NCBI GenBank assembly: GCA_965655095.1
Contig: OZ296649.1
Coordinates: 63,860,001 to 63,924,000, forward strand
From: Haplodiscus bocki
Taxonomy: Eukaryota
Direction of reading: 5' to 3'
DNA: 64,000 nucleotides
Part shown: piece by piece, positions 21,301 through 35,850 of the stretch
Numbering within the stretch: the stretch's first letter is position 1
Layout of the letters: each line of letters starts with the position of its first letter
Made by a program: the position numbers and the translations under genes
Notes under the pieces: generated by a model
Told to the model about the DNA's origin: nothing
Seen by the model: only the letters and a program-made list of their open reading frames with translations
Databases searched by the model: none

Positions 21301-24300
21301 GTTTCAATCGTCAATTCTAAGACAGTTCCATTTCTTGTTCTAACTGAAAATTCCCCAATTGTTTCTATTGCAAGTCAAGTTTATCAGAGGACAGTTCCAG
21401 AACCACACGCAGATCACCCGATTCCATCAACAGTATCCGTTAGTTAAAAAGTTTTCTAGTACACAATGAGTATATCTCTCTGGTCAATCGTAGTATTTTA
21501 TTCATAAAAACCTAAAATATCTCAAACGCCGCCAAAAAACCCGGAGATTTACTCACGGTTGAGAAATTTGCGAGAACTAAGATTAGACGGTCAATTGCCA
21601 GTTACTGAGTCTAGACAAAAAGGTATGTACATAAAACCTTAAAAAAAGAGAAAAATCAGTGCCAGAAAAAAAGAATACATCATCATTTTCTCTGCCTACC
21701 AGCTCCAAATTATTCGTTCTCAAGTTGAATTCATTTCTCCAATTTTTTCGCGATTATCCTGAAAGTTTTGCTCAATTTTATACTTTGTACTTTTGGCCAA
21801 AATTTTTGAATTGTTTCAACGATGCCTTTATTATTTATATTAGTTCTCTGGAAAATGTGAAGATATATATCCGTTTTACAAGTATTTGATTCGATTTCTT
21901 TCTTCTTCCAAAGATCTGTAGAGCTGTTGATCAACCTTTATAATTATTAATTCGACGAATTTAATGACGAACCGATCTTTGGACTATATTACAAAAGGAA
22001 ATGGAATCCATTCACAATGGGAGTAAGATTTGAAGTTGAATCTTGAAAACTTTTAGTGAAACTACTGAAACGAATTTAAATACTATCAAACTGATGTTGC
22101 TTCACATTTTACCTTTTTTTCTCACTAGCATTTATCTATGAGTCAGTCCCCAGCGACTTACATTTGCCGTTCAATGTGGTTGAACCCGTTTTGTTCCCCT
22201 TTGTAGTCTGAATAATTGAATATTTCAATTTCTATTCTCCTTTCATCGCTCGTAAAGTCCTTGCTATTGAACTTACACAATCTCTGTTGCGGAGCCAGCA
22301 AAGCAACCAAAATAGGGAGATCAAAGCCCTAGAGACTAGTTTTGTTTATTGAAAAAGCACCTGACGTGCGCAGCCATTCCTGTATTTTAAGCAACAAACA
22401 GACCATTAGTCAAGTACCGCCTGAAGCGAAACTGAAAATTAGAACCAAATAAAACTTGCGATTTCAGTTTCTTTCCCCTTCCCATACATGCTCTGCGACA
22501 ATACTGTTGAGTTGGGGTGGTTGTAATCTAATTGAATTTTGCATTATAGATTAAGATGTGAACTTTTAACGCAAAGCATCTCGGAAAGGAGTTTCGGGTT
22601 TTCTGAGAAACAGTAAATCATCTCTGAATTGAACCAAAGTTCTCCCGCTGATTTGTTGTTTTCTGACGGAAAAACATATGCAAAGGAAACTTTGGACTCG
22701 TATGTCTGTTTTGTTTCTTTGGAGCAGGCTTGTGCTTTAGTGGTTGGCATAATAAAAAAACTGCATTGTTACCGTGGTTAAGTAGCCGGAAGGTCCGGTT
22801 TCGAAGTTGTGAAATGCCATTTACTATTTTTGTGTGGCTCGATTTCGTCAAAAAAGTTGTAGAGCAAAATTGGTAAGGCAACAGGGTACTGAAGAGCCAG
22901 GCAAGTTTTTAAAAACTTGTGATAAATTGAAATTAATTTTTCTTGTAAGATAGACCCTCTTTATCACACTCCAGTTATGATTTTTGTATTATTTCAAAGA
23001 CTGCAAAAAGTTGCCGTCGAAAATCTTTTCTGAGAGGAAAATACACCTTTGAGGGGTGGAATTTTTGCGGCAAGATTACGCTACGGTCAAGCGTAATTCC
23101 TACTGCAGACTTGCAAGTTTTATATGATTCAAGGATTCTGTGTCATCAATTTTTGGTTGTTATAGAAGCATTAGCACACTGCTGCAGAAAATATATCCGA
23201 AAACACAGTTTTTTACACCCATTGGGTTTTGTTGACAACCTTGTGTTATTATCCAAAAATCTGCCCTTTTTACCAAATTGCAATCATTCAACACTTTTCA
23301 AACTTTTCAGATAAACTCAACAAAATTTTTGACTCTATAGATTTCTATCTTCGGACAACTATGTTTTCAAAAAGTGGTACTAAGAAACTGAGATTGTCGA
23401 AAAACTCCTTCCAATATTTTCTTTATATCGTCTTTTTCTGGAACTAAAACATCAAAAATATAAATCGGAAAATTTTGCTTGAGAAGCGTTGTTTTCTAGT
23501 TCCCCCAGACCAACCAGCACGTCAGTTTTTGACTCCTGGGGACCAGTTTTTCTGAAAAAACGATTAGAATTCCTTCGTCTCGAACTTCAAACACTTTTTG
23601 TTTCAAAACTATTGGCTTGATTTCTGTATCACAATCTCATATGAAAAATTTGAACCTCTACAAGATTTTTTTTTACTTTCCGCCAAAAGTTTCAATTTTA
23701 GATCGGAAAAAACATTCATTTAACACTCAAATTTTTACAAAAATTGTGCCAGTTGCAAGCAGAGAGTCTTGAAACTAAAACAATCAGTATCGTGGGCTTG
23801 GAAAACCATTATCGCGCGGTTAATTGAAAGCAAGCAAATTGAAGAAAAAAGGTAAAATGTTAGCATTCAATCAGAAAAAAGCTTTAAACTTTGGAAAATT
23901 TGAAAAAAAAAACAGGAAAGATCCGGGAGTTATTCTGTTGTCTCTTTGACTTTTTTTCTGGGTTTCCGTCCCTCCTATCGGATTTTCATGAAACGAAAGC
24001 GCCAAAAGTTGCTCAAGCCAATTTTTGTTCTCCAAATTCAAAACCATTTTTTTAAAAAAAACCACGGGTTATATTCGTTCCAACGAGGTGTCAACGGGCT
24101 AATTTTTAACAAAGAAAAAGTCATCAAACAACAAAAAAGTGCTGTCTCCTAATTAATCTCTTGATCGGCAATCTGATTTGATCAAAATTTTTAAACCTTT
24201 CAAAAAGTAATGAGTTGTCTCAACCATTGAACCTAATTTTCTCCATAACCACAAGCTGGCTCTCATCAGTCAACGTCTCATTCGAAAATTTTTAATTTGC

Positions 24301-27061
24301 AGAAAAACTTCTAAAAGTAGTTTTGCGTTTTAATGTGTGCCTTGGAGAACTCGTGGGCCGGTAACGAGAATAAATGAATATGCCTATCTTTATCCTTGAT
24401 ATTCGAACTCACTATTCTTTTAAGCTATACGCTGAATTTCTTCCAACAGTTTTCAACCGACAGTTTTCTACTATTTGAAGGTCAGTCAATAGTACAAACA
24501 CTGGTTACGTTCTTTGCGCCGGACAACCCATTAGTTGAAAAAGCCAAAATGCCATATAAGTATGCTTCTTCATTGTGCTTTGGTTTTTCTTCATCAAAAT
24601 ATCAATCGAAAGCAAATCATTTGCAAAAAAACTACTCTGTATGGTTTTCTTTTGGTTTTGTTTCTTCACACTCTTAACAAGCACATGTCGAAAATTGCAG
24701 TCAGCATTGATTTTTTTCGTGTTCAAATATATGTTTTACAAATCTACCTGTTGATTTTTTTTCGAGTAAGGTATTCATTGACGACTTTTATTTTTTGGTG
24801 ATGTGTTTGGATTTTTTATTCGCATTTGAAACTTAGTAGTTGCAGATATTGACAAATTGCAATTGGCAATGGCTTTTTTTGCTAAATCGCATTTTAGCAA
24901 AGTGAAGGGATTTTTTCAAAAATAGTTGATGTATTTTTGATAAACCAGTGCTGAACCACCGTTGACGGATAGTACCGCTGCGCCGCTGCCCCTCTTTTTA
25001 CTTTTGGACTTATTAAAAAAATATCGGAACATCTTTTCAATATATCAACTTTCAAGCACTCATTGTTTATGAGACAAGTTTCGCAGAAGCATAAAAAAGC
25101 TGGTGTAGACTCGAAGCTGTTGATTAGCAACTCTAATGCTCCGAAGTGTTCTGTAGGAGTGTTAAATTCAACTGAAAACCGCTCTAGGATATTTGAAAAA
25201 AAAACAGTTGCTTCTTCTAATTGTCACATCTGTGGTCAGTGGAACAAACCGGTCGAATCCACTAAACATTATAGTGATTATCCGTTTAGAAACTGCACTC
25301 AAAACCACTAAGAAGATGATTGTGCAACTCAATGTACAAACTAGAATACCAGACAATCATAACAAATTATAATATTGACGTCATTTCCATAAAAAAACAT
25401 GTTTTCCGAAACCATTTTTTAACTATGAGTAGGTGCTCAGTGAACACACTATTTTTTTCAAATTCGAGAGCGTTAGTGAGACAGCAACTTCTTGAATAAT
25501 AATTATATTGCAAAAAATAGCATATCAATTGAGTAGTTTTCCAATGTTGATCAACTTTTGTTCGTAAATTTTCCCTTTGAAGTCACCTGTTACAATACTT
25601 TACCGGGGTATCAAGTTTTTTTTTAATGTTGTAGCGCTTGCTCGCATGCTGTTATTTTTAATCATTATCATCATAAAAATACCATCGTCATTACTAACCT
25701 TTAGGCGATCCCCGATGTGTGAAAGCAATGGAAGTGTATCCATCTTCAATTCCTAGTCCCAAGGATTTCGGACGACTGCGACCGTTGTAAAAAGCAATGC
25801 CAGTTTTTTCTCTAAAATATACTTCAATGAGCACATGGGAATTTGCATGCGATGAATAGTTAGCTATTTGAATCCTTCCCTGTGTCATAATCAGGTGCTA
25901 ATATCACTCTTTCTAAAACATTTGGATTCCTCTCATATGTTATCATCAAATGCATGATGTTTTTAAATTTCCAAAAGTAAAGAAGTGTTTGGGATTAGTA
26001 TACTTGATCTACCCCGATGAAATTTGGACTCATGGTAGAAAGCAGGCGCTCTTTTGCAGAAAAATGGGTTATTGAAACAAAAAAACACCCCCTCTTCACC
26101 AAAAATCGATATTTTTTTAAAAAAAATTGTCTCTAAAATTGCATGGAAATTTCTGTAAACTGGTTTTTTCATTTGCAGTATCATATTTAATATCGAGTTT
26201 AGTTATTATGTGTGAAAACATATCGACTGTTTGCCGTTCAGATTTGGAGATTGTTTTCTTTATCGAGATCATTTTCCGGTAGGAATAGTTTTCGGGATTT
26301 ACGGCAGTTTCAATTAGTATTTAATGCATTTGTTAAGATACCCTGAACTAACTTTCTCATTGAGTTGAGATACGTAGGATGACATGGGAGTTCGCTAGTA
26401 TCAGAAGACATTGCCTGGCAACCCAGCTTGGACTTGAGGTAATTTCTGAAAAGAAAAGTCTTCCAAGTAGTTTCTAGCACAACTGAGTCTGATAATCTAC
26501 GGTGACTGCAGGCGTGCGTGAAATTAAGAATAGCATGGTCAGCACTGTCGATTTCGCAAACCCCACGTGAAATTTAATCAAGGCTTTCAAAATCAAGGCT
26601 GAACTATAAAGCCTTCGCTACTGAATCACGGTGATCTATGCAGAAACCTACATCAGTGTGAGAAAGGACCGGAACCTTTATTTGTGATTAAATTTTGGAA
26701 CAATGCATACACAGAAACAACTGAAAGTCACGAGTTGAGTCAAAACATCTCATAAACTAAACGCCATTCTGAGAATATTTTGTTTCGACCATAACTTGAG
26801 ATTTTCAAATATTTTTCAAGTATTACGCAGAAATACGTATCGATCCAATAAACCTTTTGCAATTGAAATACGCCCTACCGAATAATCAAATTCAACAATG
26901 GGAAATTGAATTCAGCAGAAAATTGTTCCTTCAGAGAAAAAAAAGAAAACTAAGTTCAAAGCATTCACCGGAAATCAAGTACAACAACTCATTTTTCGAG
27001 CATATGCCTTGGAAACGCGATGTCAATCTTGTCCAAAAAACCTTCTCGACAAGGAACATTT

Positions 27062-27856
27062 CCCGGGTTGACCTGACATGCGAATCATACTATGCACCAT
27101 AAACTGCCATACAAAAAAAACAGCTTATAGTAATACCATTAGTTTCCTGTTTTTTTTATGTGGCCATAGTATGAAAAGCCTGTCAGCCATAAACTTGTAT
27201 GGTCAGTTAATGACTTTAATGTTATTTTGTATGGTCATCTAATGATTTTCATGTTTTTCTTGAATTTTTTTCCGACAAACAACTCCAAAATCTCTATTTA
27301 CATAGTTCCGAGTGAGTCAAAGGTCTTGAAAATTTCAAGACGCAAGGGGAAAGCCCATCAGCAACTTTCAGAGTTTAACCTTCCGCGTTTTTGTTAGGGA
27401 AGATAGACTTATTCCTTCATCGTAGTTTGTCCAACAGTACATCACTGTAGACTATACTTTTCGGGAATGGGATTTCACAAAAACTCTTTTTTATTTCTAG
27501 GCAACCAAAGATGAACGTAGATGGCATTTATCATGTTCCCCAGTCATATTATTGCCACAAGTTTTGAACTTCACACTTAAATGAAATGTTTTCCATGAGT
27601 ATTTCAACCCAAATTTTTGTTCACTAGAATACGTTATCATAATCTGATAAAATTCGCGCATGCTTTTCCATACTATGGCCATACTATGGTACAATGTATG
27701 TATAACTTGCATGGAATCATACCACAGTATGGTCATTTTATGGCTTGCATGTTACCATAAACTTCTATGGAACTTTCTATGACTTCCATGTTTTCAGAGA
27801 TCACCATATATGACTTTCTATGATTTCCCTGTTTTTTGTATGGTGGTAAATCCGGG
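27062..27856. mobile_element. Non-autonomous DNA transposon with CCC termini (CMC/EnSpm-like)
   Basis: Left CCCGGGTTGACC, right GGTAAATCCGGG (imperfect TIR); 2-bp TSD TT/TT; many internal CCATA/TATGG sub-terminal repeats. Confidence 0.6.
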
Positions 27857-29234
27857 TTACGAAACACCTAATTCAGTAGATAGAATTTTCTGGACGTGGT
27901 GAAAATTTTGAAAAATGATGAAACCGCGGCGTATAGCATTGTGAACATAGACCAAATGTCTTTACCTCATGGGGGAAACCATATTCAGAAGTCCGATGAA
28001 AAAATGAGGGTGTGTTTAGTCTGTCTGTTTGAAGTCAATAGCTGTCGCTTGCTGCCTCTTGCAACGGATACAGGCGTAGAACTTTTCTTACGGGAGCCCC
28101 TGCCGGCGATCAGAAAGAAGTTCCCCACAATTATACCAATATTAAAATTTCAGATAAAATCTTGTGTTGCTTCTTGAAAAATTATGTCTTATCTTTATAT
28201 GAAAATGAATAGGTGCTCGCTAACCTATACCAAGCGCAAAAGAGCAGAAATGCGTTGGAGTAGTTTTAAGATAGCAAAACGAAGTGATTTTTTTCTACCA
28301 AGACGTTTGCATAGGTGAATTGATTTAATACAAACTGTCAATTGCATATTGCAAATCCAAATTGTCAATATCTCCGGAGCCTAATTTGCAGATCAGGCCG
28401 TCAAAATATCCAACAAAACTCTGACGAATTTAAACTTTTTCAGTTGATTCATTCGTTGACAAAACGTTATCCTTGTACCAAAAATTGATTAGGTTGAGCT
28501 GTTAGACAAGTATTGTTTCTAATCGTGCAAAATGAACGTAGTTAAAAGGAAACTTTTTTAACCAACTAGTTGAGATTTCAACACATTTTTTTATTGGCAG
28601 TGAAAAAAAACGGGAACCAGACCTAGAAAATCTGCTTGAAAAACTTGTTATACATCATGTTGCTTTCATAAGTCCATATGAAAACAATTAAACAATTGTT
28701 TGCAAAAGGAATCTCTGGCAGCTTTTTGTTGCCAGATCATGAGGCAATAATCTATCGACATAACAGCAGCTAAGTGCGTTTCCTGGCAGAACAATTCCTC
28801 ACATTTATTGCTCGTTGTTTAAATGGAGAGGACATGGAATGCCTTGCATTTGGACGGTAATTGTTTGTTTTGTTTTTGTTTTTGCTCTGCCACAGTTAAA
28901 TAGTTAAAACTTGTCTCTGTTGTTTTTGATTTTCCTGTGGTGAACTTGAACTCAGTGATGGTTCCAATAACTCAACAATACCTGAAAAATTTCAAGGGTT
29001 TATCCAAAAATTTCAGAAAAATCCAAATTCTGAACGTTTGTCACTTGTGGGGACCTCCACAACTAAAAAGTTTTGAGAACTAGAATTTTTCCGGACACGT
29101 AGTTTTGGATTATCCGATCCAAAATAAACCTTGAAAGTTTGCCGGCACGAGTTGTAGATCAGTTGCATTTTTTTCATTTACGATATTTATTTGGTCTTGA
29201 AAGGCTTTTGATTTGGATCATTATGTAAAAAAAA

Positions 29235-29620
29235 CATGTCGGGAAAGGCCAAATCAGCGCCGTCCGTAAAGTTTGAAAAATCCGTGGCTAACGTTTTTTT
29301 GAAAAATCATAACTCTTCTGACAGAAAATTGGTATAGTCACGTTTTTTTACGGGAAAAAATTATGACTATGTTTTTCGGATTTTTTTTCAGGAAAATTGC
29401 CGAAAATTTGAATACTTAATAGAGTGGATCATTGGTACGTCATATGCATTGACTTAGATCCTTGGTGTAAACCTCGTATTGGAGACCATCTTTTGGAAAT
29501 TTCCATGATCTCAGAAAGGCTCCAAATAAACTTCGCAATATTGTTTAACCATTTGTTTAAATAGCGACTTATTTAGTTCAGTTGAATACCGACAAGTTAT
29601 ATTTTTTAACATTAAAAATA
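29235..29620 (+). repeat. Dispersed repeat related to 45780-46090
   Basis: Shared GGCCAAA.TC.G.GCCG.CCGTAA start, GTGGCT and TCACGTTTT blocks. Confidence 0.5.
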
Positions 29621-32600
29621 GTTGCTATGGATTGCAGAAACTTTAAATGTAAGAGCCACGTGATCGATTTCATTGTTATAAAAGACAAAAAATACGAATG
29701 TCAGAAGGATTTTCTAAGAGTCTTGGAAAAACCATCAGTGTGATTATACAAACAGTAATCACAAACAGAGGCCTTTTTGGGTGACAGGGGTTTAAACCTT
29801 AAAAAAGTAGATCGCTCTAATTCGTGCCGCTCTAAATAAGTTCCCACAAATTTAGACTCATGAGACTGAAAATCAATCTCTGAAACACTCGAATCCGATC
29901 TCATCGCCAAAGCGATTTTTGATCTTATTCCTAGGTCTCATTCTCACATTTTTTTTTCATTTTGCTTGTATGCATGAATGCATGCATCCAAATAACTTTC
30001 TGAAAAAGCACAAAAGAATCAGACGTGCAATATCGAAAAATCACTATTCATTAAACGTTATTCTTTGGGATACATTTTTGTGTCATTTGAATTTACATGA
30101 TTATGCAGAATACTTATAGTTGGAAATTAATGCTCTCAATTGCAAGCTAAGGACTTCAAACCGCACGTATTTATTAAGTTTTGTCTATTATTGTTGGTCA
30201 AATGTTCAAAATAATTCATGCTTTAAAATTTTCCTTTATTTACATTGTTTTTCCTATCTTTAATCTGAGCTCGATAAATAAATTGAATTCCAAGTCGTAA
30301 AATTTTTGCGTTAATTATACTTGTAGTTGTCAATAAAGTGGTGCTGTCAAGCTTCGAATTGTTGGAAACGAACAATTGTAAATTATTATTTGAGCTTGTA
30401 ATATCTACAGTAGTGATTTTAATTAATGCGACAACTTGAATGCATAACTCAACTCTCAGCACGAATAACTTCGGGAATAATCATTTTAGACAAAAGTACC
30501 AGAAACAAAATATTCTTAGAATTTTCAGGAGATTATAATGGTTTTGTTTGAAAAATTTCCAACGAATAGAGCAAAAACTAGAAAATCGTTTTTGGCCAAA
30601 CTTTCCATTCTTTTGAGAATTTCGTAACTTTAAAAAAATTAATAATGGAATTTGATTTCTTCAATAGATGCCTTTGATGTTTCTGCAACGGCTGATATTA
30701 TCTGTCGGTGGAAGCGTTTTCAAAAACTACTTGAAAACTTATCTTGAATCTATTAAATTTGAAAATCAATGTGCTAAAATAGGATGGTAAAATTATACTT
30801 TTATTTTTTTTGCAATTTCTTCTGAAATTCAAAGTTGTGAAAGAAGTGTTAAATATAAAAGCTCGGGGAAAATGATGTAATTTGTTTCCTGTTATCTTGT
30901 GTCATTGTCAAAATTTCTTACGAAAACTGCCAAAATTAGTCGTTATTCGCAATGCTTGCATAGTTTATTTACTCAACTTTGGGATGCAATTTTCTACCCT
31001 TTTGAAGTACTTGTTTTCGCAAATAAAACAACCATGTCGTAGCCCTTTTAATGAGCTTTGATCACTAAATGAGTTTACTCTGATCTCCTAATATTTACTT
31101 CTTCACTTGGGATTTTGTAAAGTTTATCAAAATTGCTGAGTCGCATTAATTAAAATCACTACTGTAGATTTAAAAATTATGCAGTTTGATAATCATGCAA
31201 TTCGCCGCACCTATTTGGAATCGAAAATTTTGTGTAACAAAAGAGTGTGTAATTAATGTGTCAGTTCAACGGCGTCTCGCATTAATTAAACTAAATGCGC
31301 AAATTCATATAGAAATATAATATTATGTAATACTCGGACCTAGTAAAAATTCGGACCATAGTTTGAGAAGATTCAAGCGAAACTTCTCAGGTTGAATTAA
31401 ACAAGCCGGCGACTGCGCAAACTCGGCACGGTTCATCAATGTTGTGAAATAGAAAGACATTTTTGAGTTTTCAGAATTAAAGCATCAGAATGAAGAACAA
31501 CTTTACGAAAGTTACACTCGTTTTCCGCGAAACTTATGACATTGAATGAAAATATAATTATTCATTCGCAGTGTGCGACAAAAATTAGGCAAACTCAAAG
31601 TTTCTGCTCGTCGAATGTTCCTCGAAAATTTGATTTCCAAAATGGCGGGCAATATAGAGACACTCCTTTCGCTGGTTCCAACTTTTCCCCCGAAAACACC
31701 AATATCAAAAATTCGTGATACCCCCTTGCATATACCAGACAAATTTTTCGAAAGGCAAACATCAAATATCCAATATTCTGAACAACTGAGTTTCCTAGGC
31801 ACTGTCAAATGTGCCTAAGAGTAACCGCATGAAGTATTTGACAGGTGCAATAATGTGAAATATTTTTTTCTGAGAGAAATCAGTATCGGTAAACTTTTTA
31901 AAAACAAACCAAAACGTTCAAAAACAACAAAAAATCCTCCTCAGAAAATTTTAACCAGTACGTGAAGCTTTGCTTCCGGTCATCCTTGGTTTGATGGAAA
32001 TAAAAAGGGCATCACTATAACTTCTTGCATATAATCAAAGGTAATTGACACTCCCATTTAGCATAATTTTTATTGAAATATCTTTGATGGAAGATTTTGC
32101 GATTCTCAAAAATTTTCGCAACTTTTTGACACCTATTCTTTTTACTTCAAACCGGCAATTCGTCGAAAATTTCTTTGGCTATCTACAGATAGTCACCTGA
32201 ACGAAATCAAGTCATTCAAATTAAAGTTAAATTTAACGAGCTTCCAATTATATAATTTGCCAGCTTTTCTTGCTGTTCCGTTAAAAGGTATATGAGCTCA
32301 AATCTCCCTTTCCATTGAAACTCCCCTTAACGCCTTTATATCGACAAGGACAGCCCTTAACGCCTCTAAAGTTTCGAGTTACCGGCGTTAACGTTGATAT
32401 ACCAGACAGAAAACGCGCCTGGGAAAACATCTAAACTTCTAAGAATCACAAAATAATGGCCATTCAGAAGTTTTCAATGAGGGTTTGAAGCTTTCAAAAC
32501 ACTTTTTTTTTGAAACTTTGGGAAGCCAGTGTCAGCGACAACCAGCCAGGAACTGTAAAAAGTTGAAAAGGAAATACCTTTTTTTTCCAGATCGAGTTCT

Positions 32601-33439
32601 TTGAAAAAGTAGACAGTAGATAGCTGTAATGTAAATGATCTCTTACTTCTAGTCGGACATTGAATCCTGGATTTCTATTGTTATATTTTAGGCACTTTTG
32701 TTCCTCTGGGTTTTTTTGAACGCCGAAAAAAAATTTTTTTTCAGGCTAAAATCACCGAAAGGCTTTTTGATGAAATTGATCTTTTGGAAGACCGTTTTAT
32801 TCTTTTTTACACATTGTTTTAATGAATACTCCAAAGTTCCAGCGTAACAAGGCGACATTACTAGCATCACACCTAACACTGAAAAACGTCAAACTGATAC
32901 TTTTTCGCCAAAAGTTTTTAAATATATGAGAAAAACAATTCATTCAGTAGGGTCGTTTTTTTATCGGTGTATTTTGCCAACCATTTTTTATTCTTGAATA
33001 AACAGTCTCGGCAGTTCGGTGGGGACAAAATTTTTCAAGCAGTTGGTCGGGGTTCAAATCTCTGTTGGGCCTTACAGTTTTTTGATTTCCTTGACATTTG
33101 TCAGAATTTCCAATGGTTCCCATGGCACAGTGGCTAGGACAACAAGGTTCTGAAGCGCAAGATACGGGTTGGGAAACAGCATTACCCTACATCTTTTCTA
33201 TTTCACTTATACAATTTTCAAACTTCATGGATTGTTTCTTTTCTACTCAATATTTTTCGCCGATTTTTAGTTGAAGAATTATGAATTAAAAAGCTAGCTT
33301 TTGGTGGTATTTTGTTATTTCTTCTATTGTTTCTATTCCTTTCAAGATCACAACAAATTCTCCACTTCTCTTCCTGAATGATTTCCCGGACAATTTATTT
33401 TGAAACATGCAACGGCAGTTTATGCGAAGCACAGCCAAA

Positions 33440-33950
33440 TTCTCGCAATTACCAAAATGTTCCTTCTACGAAAATTTTTGGTTCTGTGAGTCCAAAAACG
33501 TTCGACAAAATATCGTGATAAAATGCATCCTATGCATCAAATTTTTCGATGTCGGAATGTTTTAGGAACGCAAAAAGGTTCCCTTACAATTTGTTTGGTA
33601 TCATGAGACAAAAAAATTGACAAAACATGTGATACCGCCGTTAAGCATAGTTTTTCGACATGAGAAATTTTCAGAAATATAAAAAAAACCTCACGAAATT
33701 TTTCTTGTACACAAAAACTCTTCAACTAGTTTTTGTGATACCCCACTCTATTGTTCATCAAATTTTTTGCATCCGACAAATAGACACAAAGAGAAACTCT
33801 CAGAAACACCATAGACTCCCAGAAGTACACGACGGGCCCCCTAACTAGTTTTTCGGTAATGTGAGATTAAAAATATTTGACATTTTTTGGTGATACCTTC
33901 CGATGGTTTACCTCATGTTTCGCATCAGACAGACGAGCTACGTCAACTTT
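33440..33950 (+). repeat. Degenerate ~110-130-bp tandem-unit repeat family (also 44780-44950 and 49380-49600)
   Basis: Recurrent TGTGAGACAAAAAA.TT.GAC...GTGATACC unit. Confidence 0.65.
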
Positions 33951-35650
33951 GCCGTTTTCTCAACTTTTAATAGGTTCCCTCTGAAGTTTTCGAAAAAGAA
34001 AACAGTCACCTCACTTGTGCTTTTTTCCAGAATTTGCGAATGTCATCCATACATCGTGTTGCACACTCCTTAGCCATTTGTATAAAACATAAGTACATCG
34101 TCACCGCAGGTAGTTTGCACCGACATAAAACGCAGGAATTCTTTTACAAGCTGGTTTGCTGACTCCTCAAACTTTCGTACATTTTCGGTTCTTTTTGTCC
34201 CACAATGCAAAATTATATCTAAGAAAGTGTACGGTTTTTCTGTTTTCCATAAAAGCTCTTTTTCTCCATAGAAAAAAAAGATAATCCAGGTTTTGTATTT
34301 TTTTGAAAAGTTTGACAAAAATGGACGTTCAGGTAATTTTCAACTACCCGAAACTTATATCTTCACTTTGTACACTGAATTCCAATTGAAAATTTCAATT
34401 GTTTTTCCTGAAACGATTCCTCGAGTACTTGTATATAAATTTTCTATGTGAGCCCCAGACAACAATAATGCATTTCTTCAACACTTTTCCGGAAATACTT
34501 TGTTTTGGTTGTTGTATAGTCCCTACAGTCAGACAAGGCCTTGAAAAATGAAGTTATTCTCATTCTCGATATTCAAAGTCATTTTCCCCCGAAATGACGG
34601 ACTGGAATTTTTACATCAAGGCCACAAACAAATGTTTTCCACTACTCAAATGTCCGTTTTCATCGGAGTACTTAAGTTTGAAAACCTGGCATCTGACGCA
34701 AGGATCAATTCTTCATGAAAATTTTGAACGGGTGATTTCCTTAATCGAAATTAAAACCAGTTTTTTTTCAGAGCTAAATGCTATTTTTCCTCCGTTAACG
34801 TCTCACTTGACTTTTGTCACCATTCAAAAGGGTGTTCGGTAATGTTTTTTTGCGATTTGACTGTTCCAAAAGAATTTCTTTGACGGAGATTGGCATTACC
34901 TCCATTTACGTATAATCAACCTTAATAATCAAATTGGGTTATATTCAAAATTACCAGAAACAATCCTTTCGTCAATGTTTCAATCGACAGTTTCCAACTT
35001 TTTAAAGCGTCTTTCAGCAAAAAAATTTTGATGCTGGTTCTGCATTTTTGAATGGATTGAGCCAAAAAAACGTATGAAATGGTTTTTCTGGAAGTTTGAA
35101 TCTAAAATTTTCCAAAACTACATTTTGTCAGGAAAAGTCTCAATCGACGTTTTTTTACTTGTGCTACTCGGCTGTCAAGTATTAGGTTTGATTCCTCGAA
35201 CCGGAAACCTGTTACGCGTAAACTGTCAAAAATTGCATCTTGAAAAACAGATTCGATTCTTCTCAAAAAAGTTATCTTCATCATGGTCTCATATCAAAAA
35301 CTTTCAATCAGCAGAATATTGTTTAACGATATTGATTGTGGAAACCTTATCGAATCGCAGTCTTTAGACCAATAAATCAAAATGAGGATTTGGTCTGATT
35401 TTTCTTGAATAACAAACCTGCCTCTCTCAAAATTCAGTCGTTGCATTTGATTCAGCAAGGTATCAATCAAGTTTTCTAAACACTTGTAGACATACACGAG
35501 TATCACTTGTGGTGTTTAGTTCTTTGAAACGCATAATTGATAGGCGGAAAATGGCGAAAATTGCATTTTTTATTATTTGCCTTGATTGCGATTTTGTTTT
35601 CGTCTCAAAACAACCGATTGAAGTTCCCACATCCAGGTATAAATCAACAA

Positions 35651-35850
35651 NNNNNNNNNNNNNNNNNNNNNNNNNNNNNNNNNNNNNNNNNNNNNNNNNN
35701 NNNNNNNNNNNNNNNNNNNNNNNNNNNNNNNNNNNNNNNNNNNNNNNNNNNNNNNNNNNNNNNNNNNNNNNNNNNNNNNNNNNNNNNNNNNNNNNNNNNN
35801 NNNNNNNNNNNNNNNNNNNNNNNNNNNNNNNNNNNNNNNNNNNNNNNNNN
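35651..35850. other. Assembly gap (200 N)
   Basis: Run of N characters. Confidence 1.
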
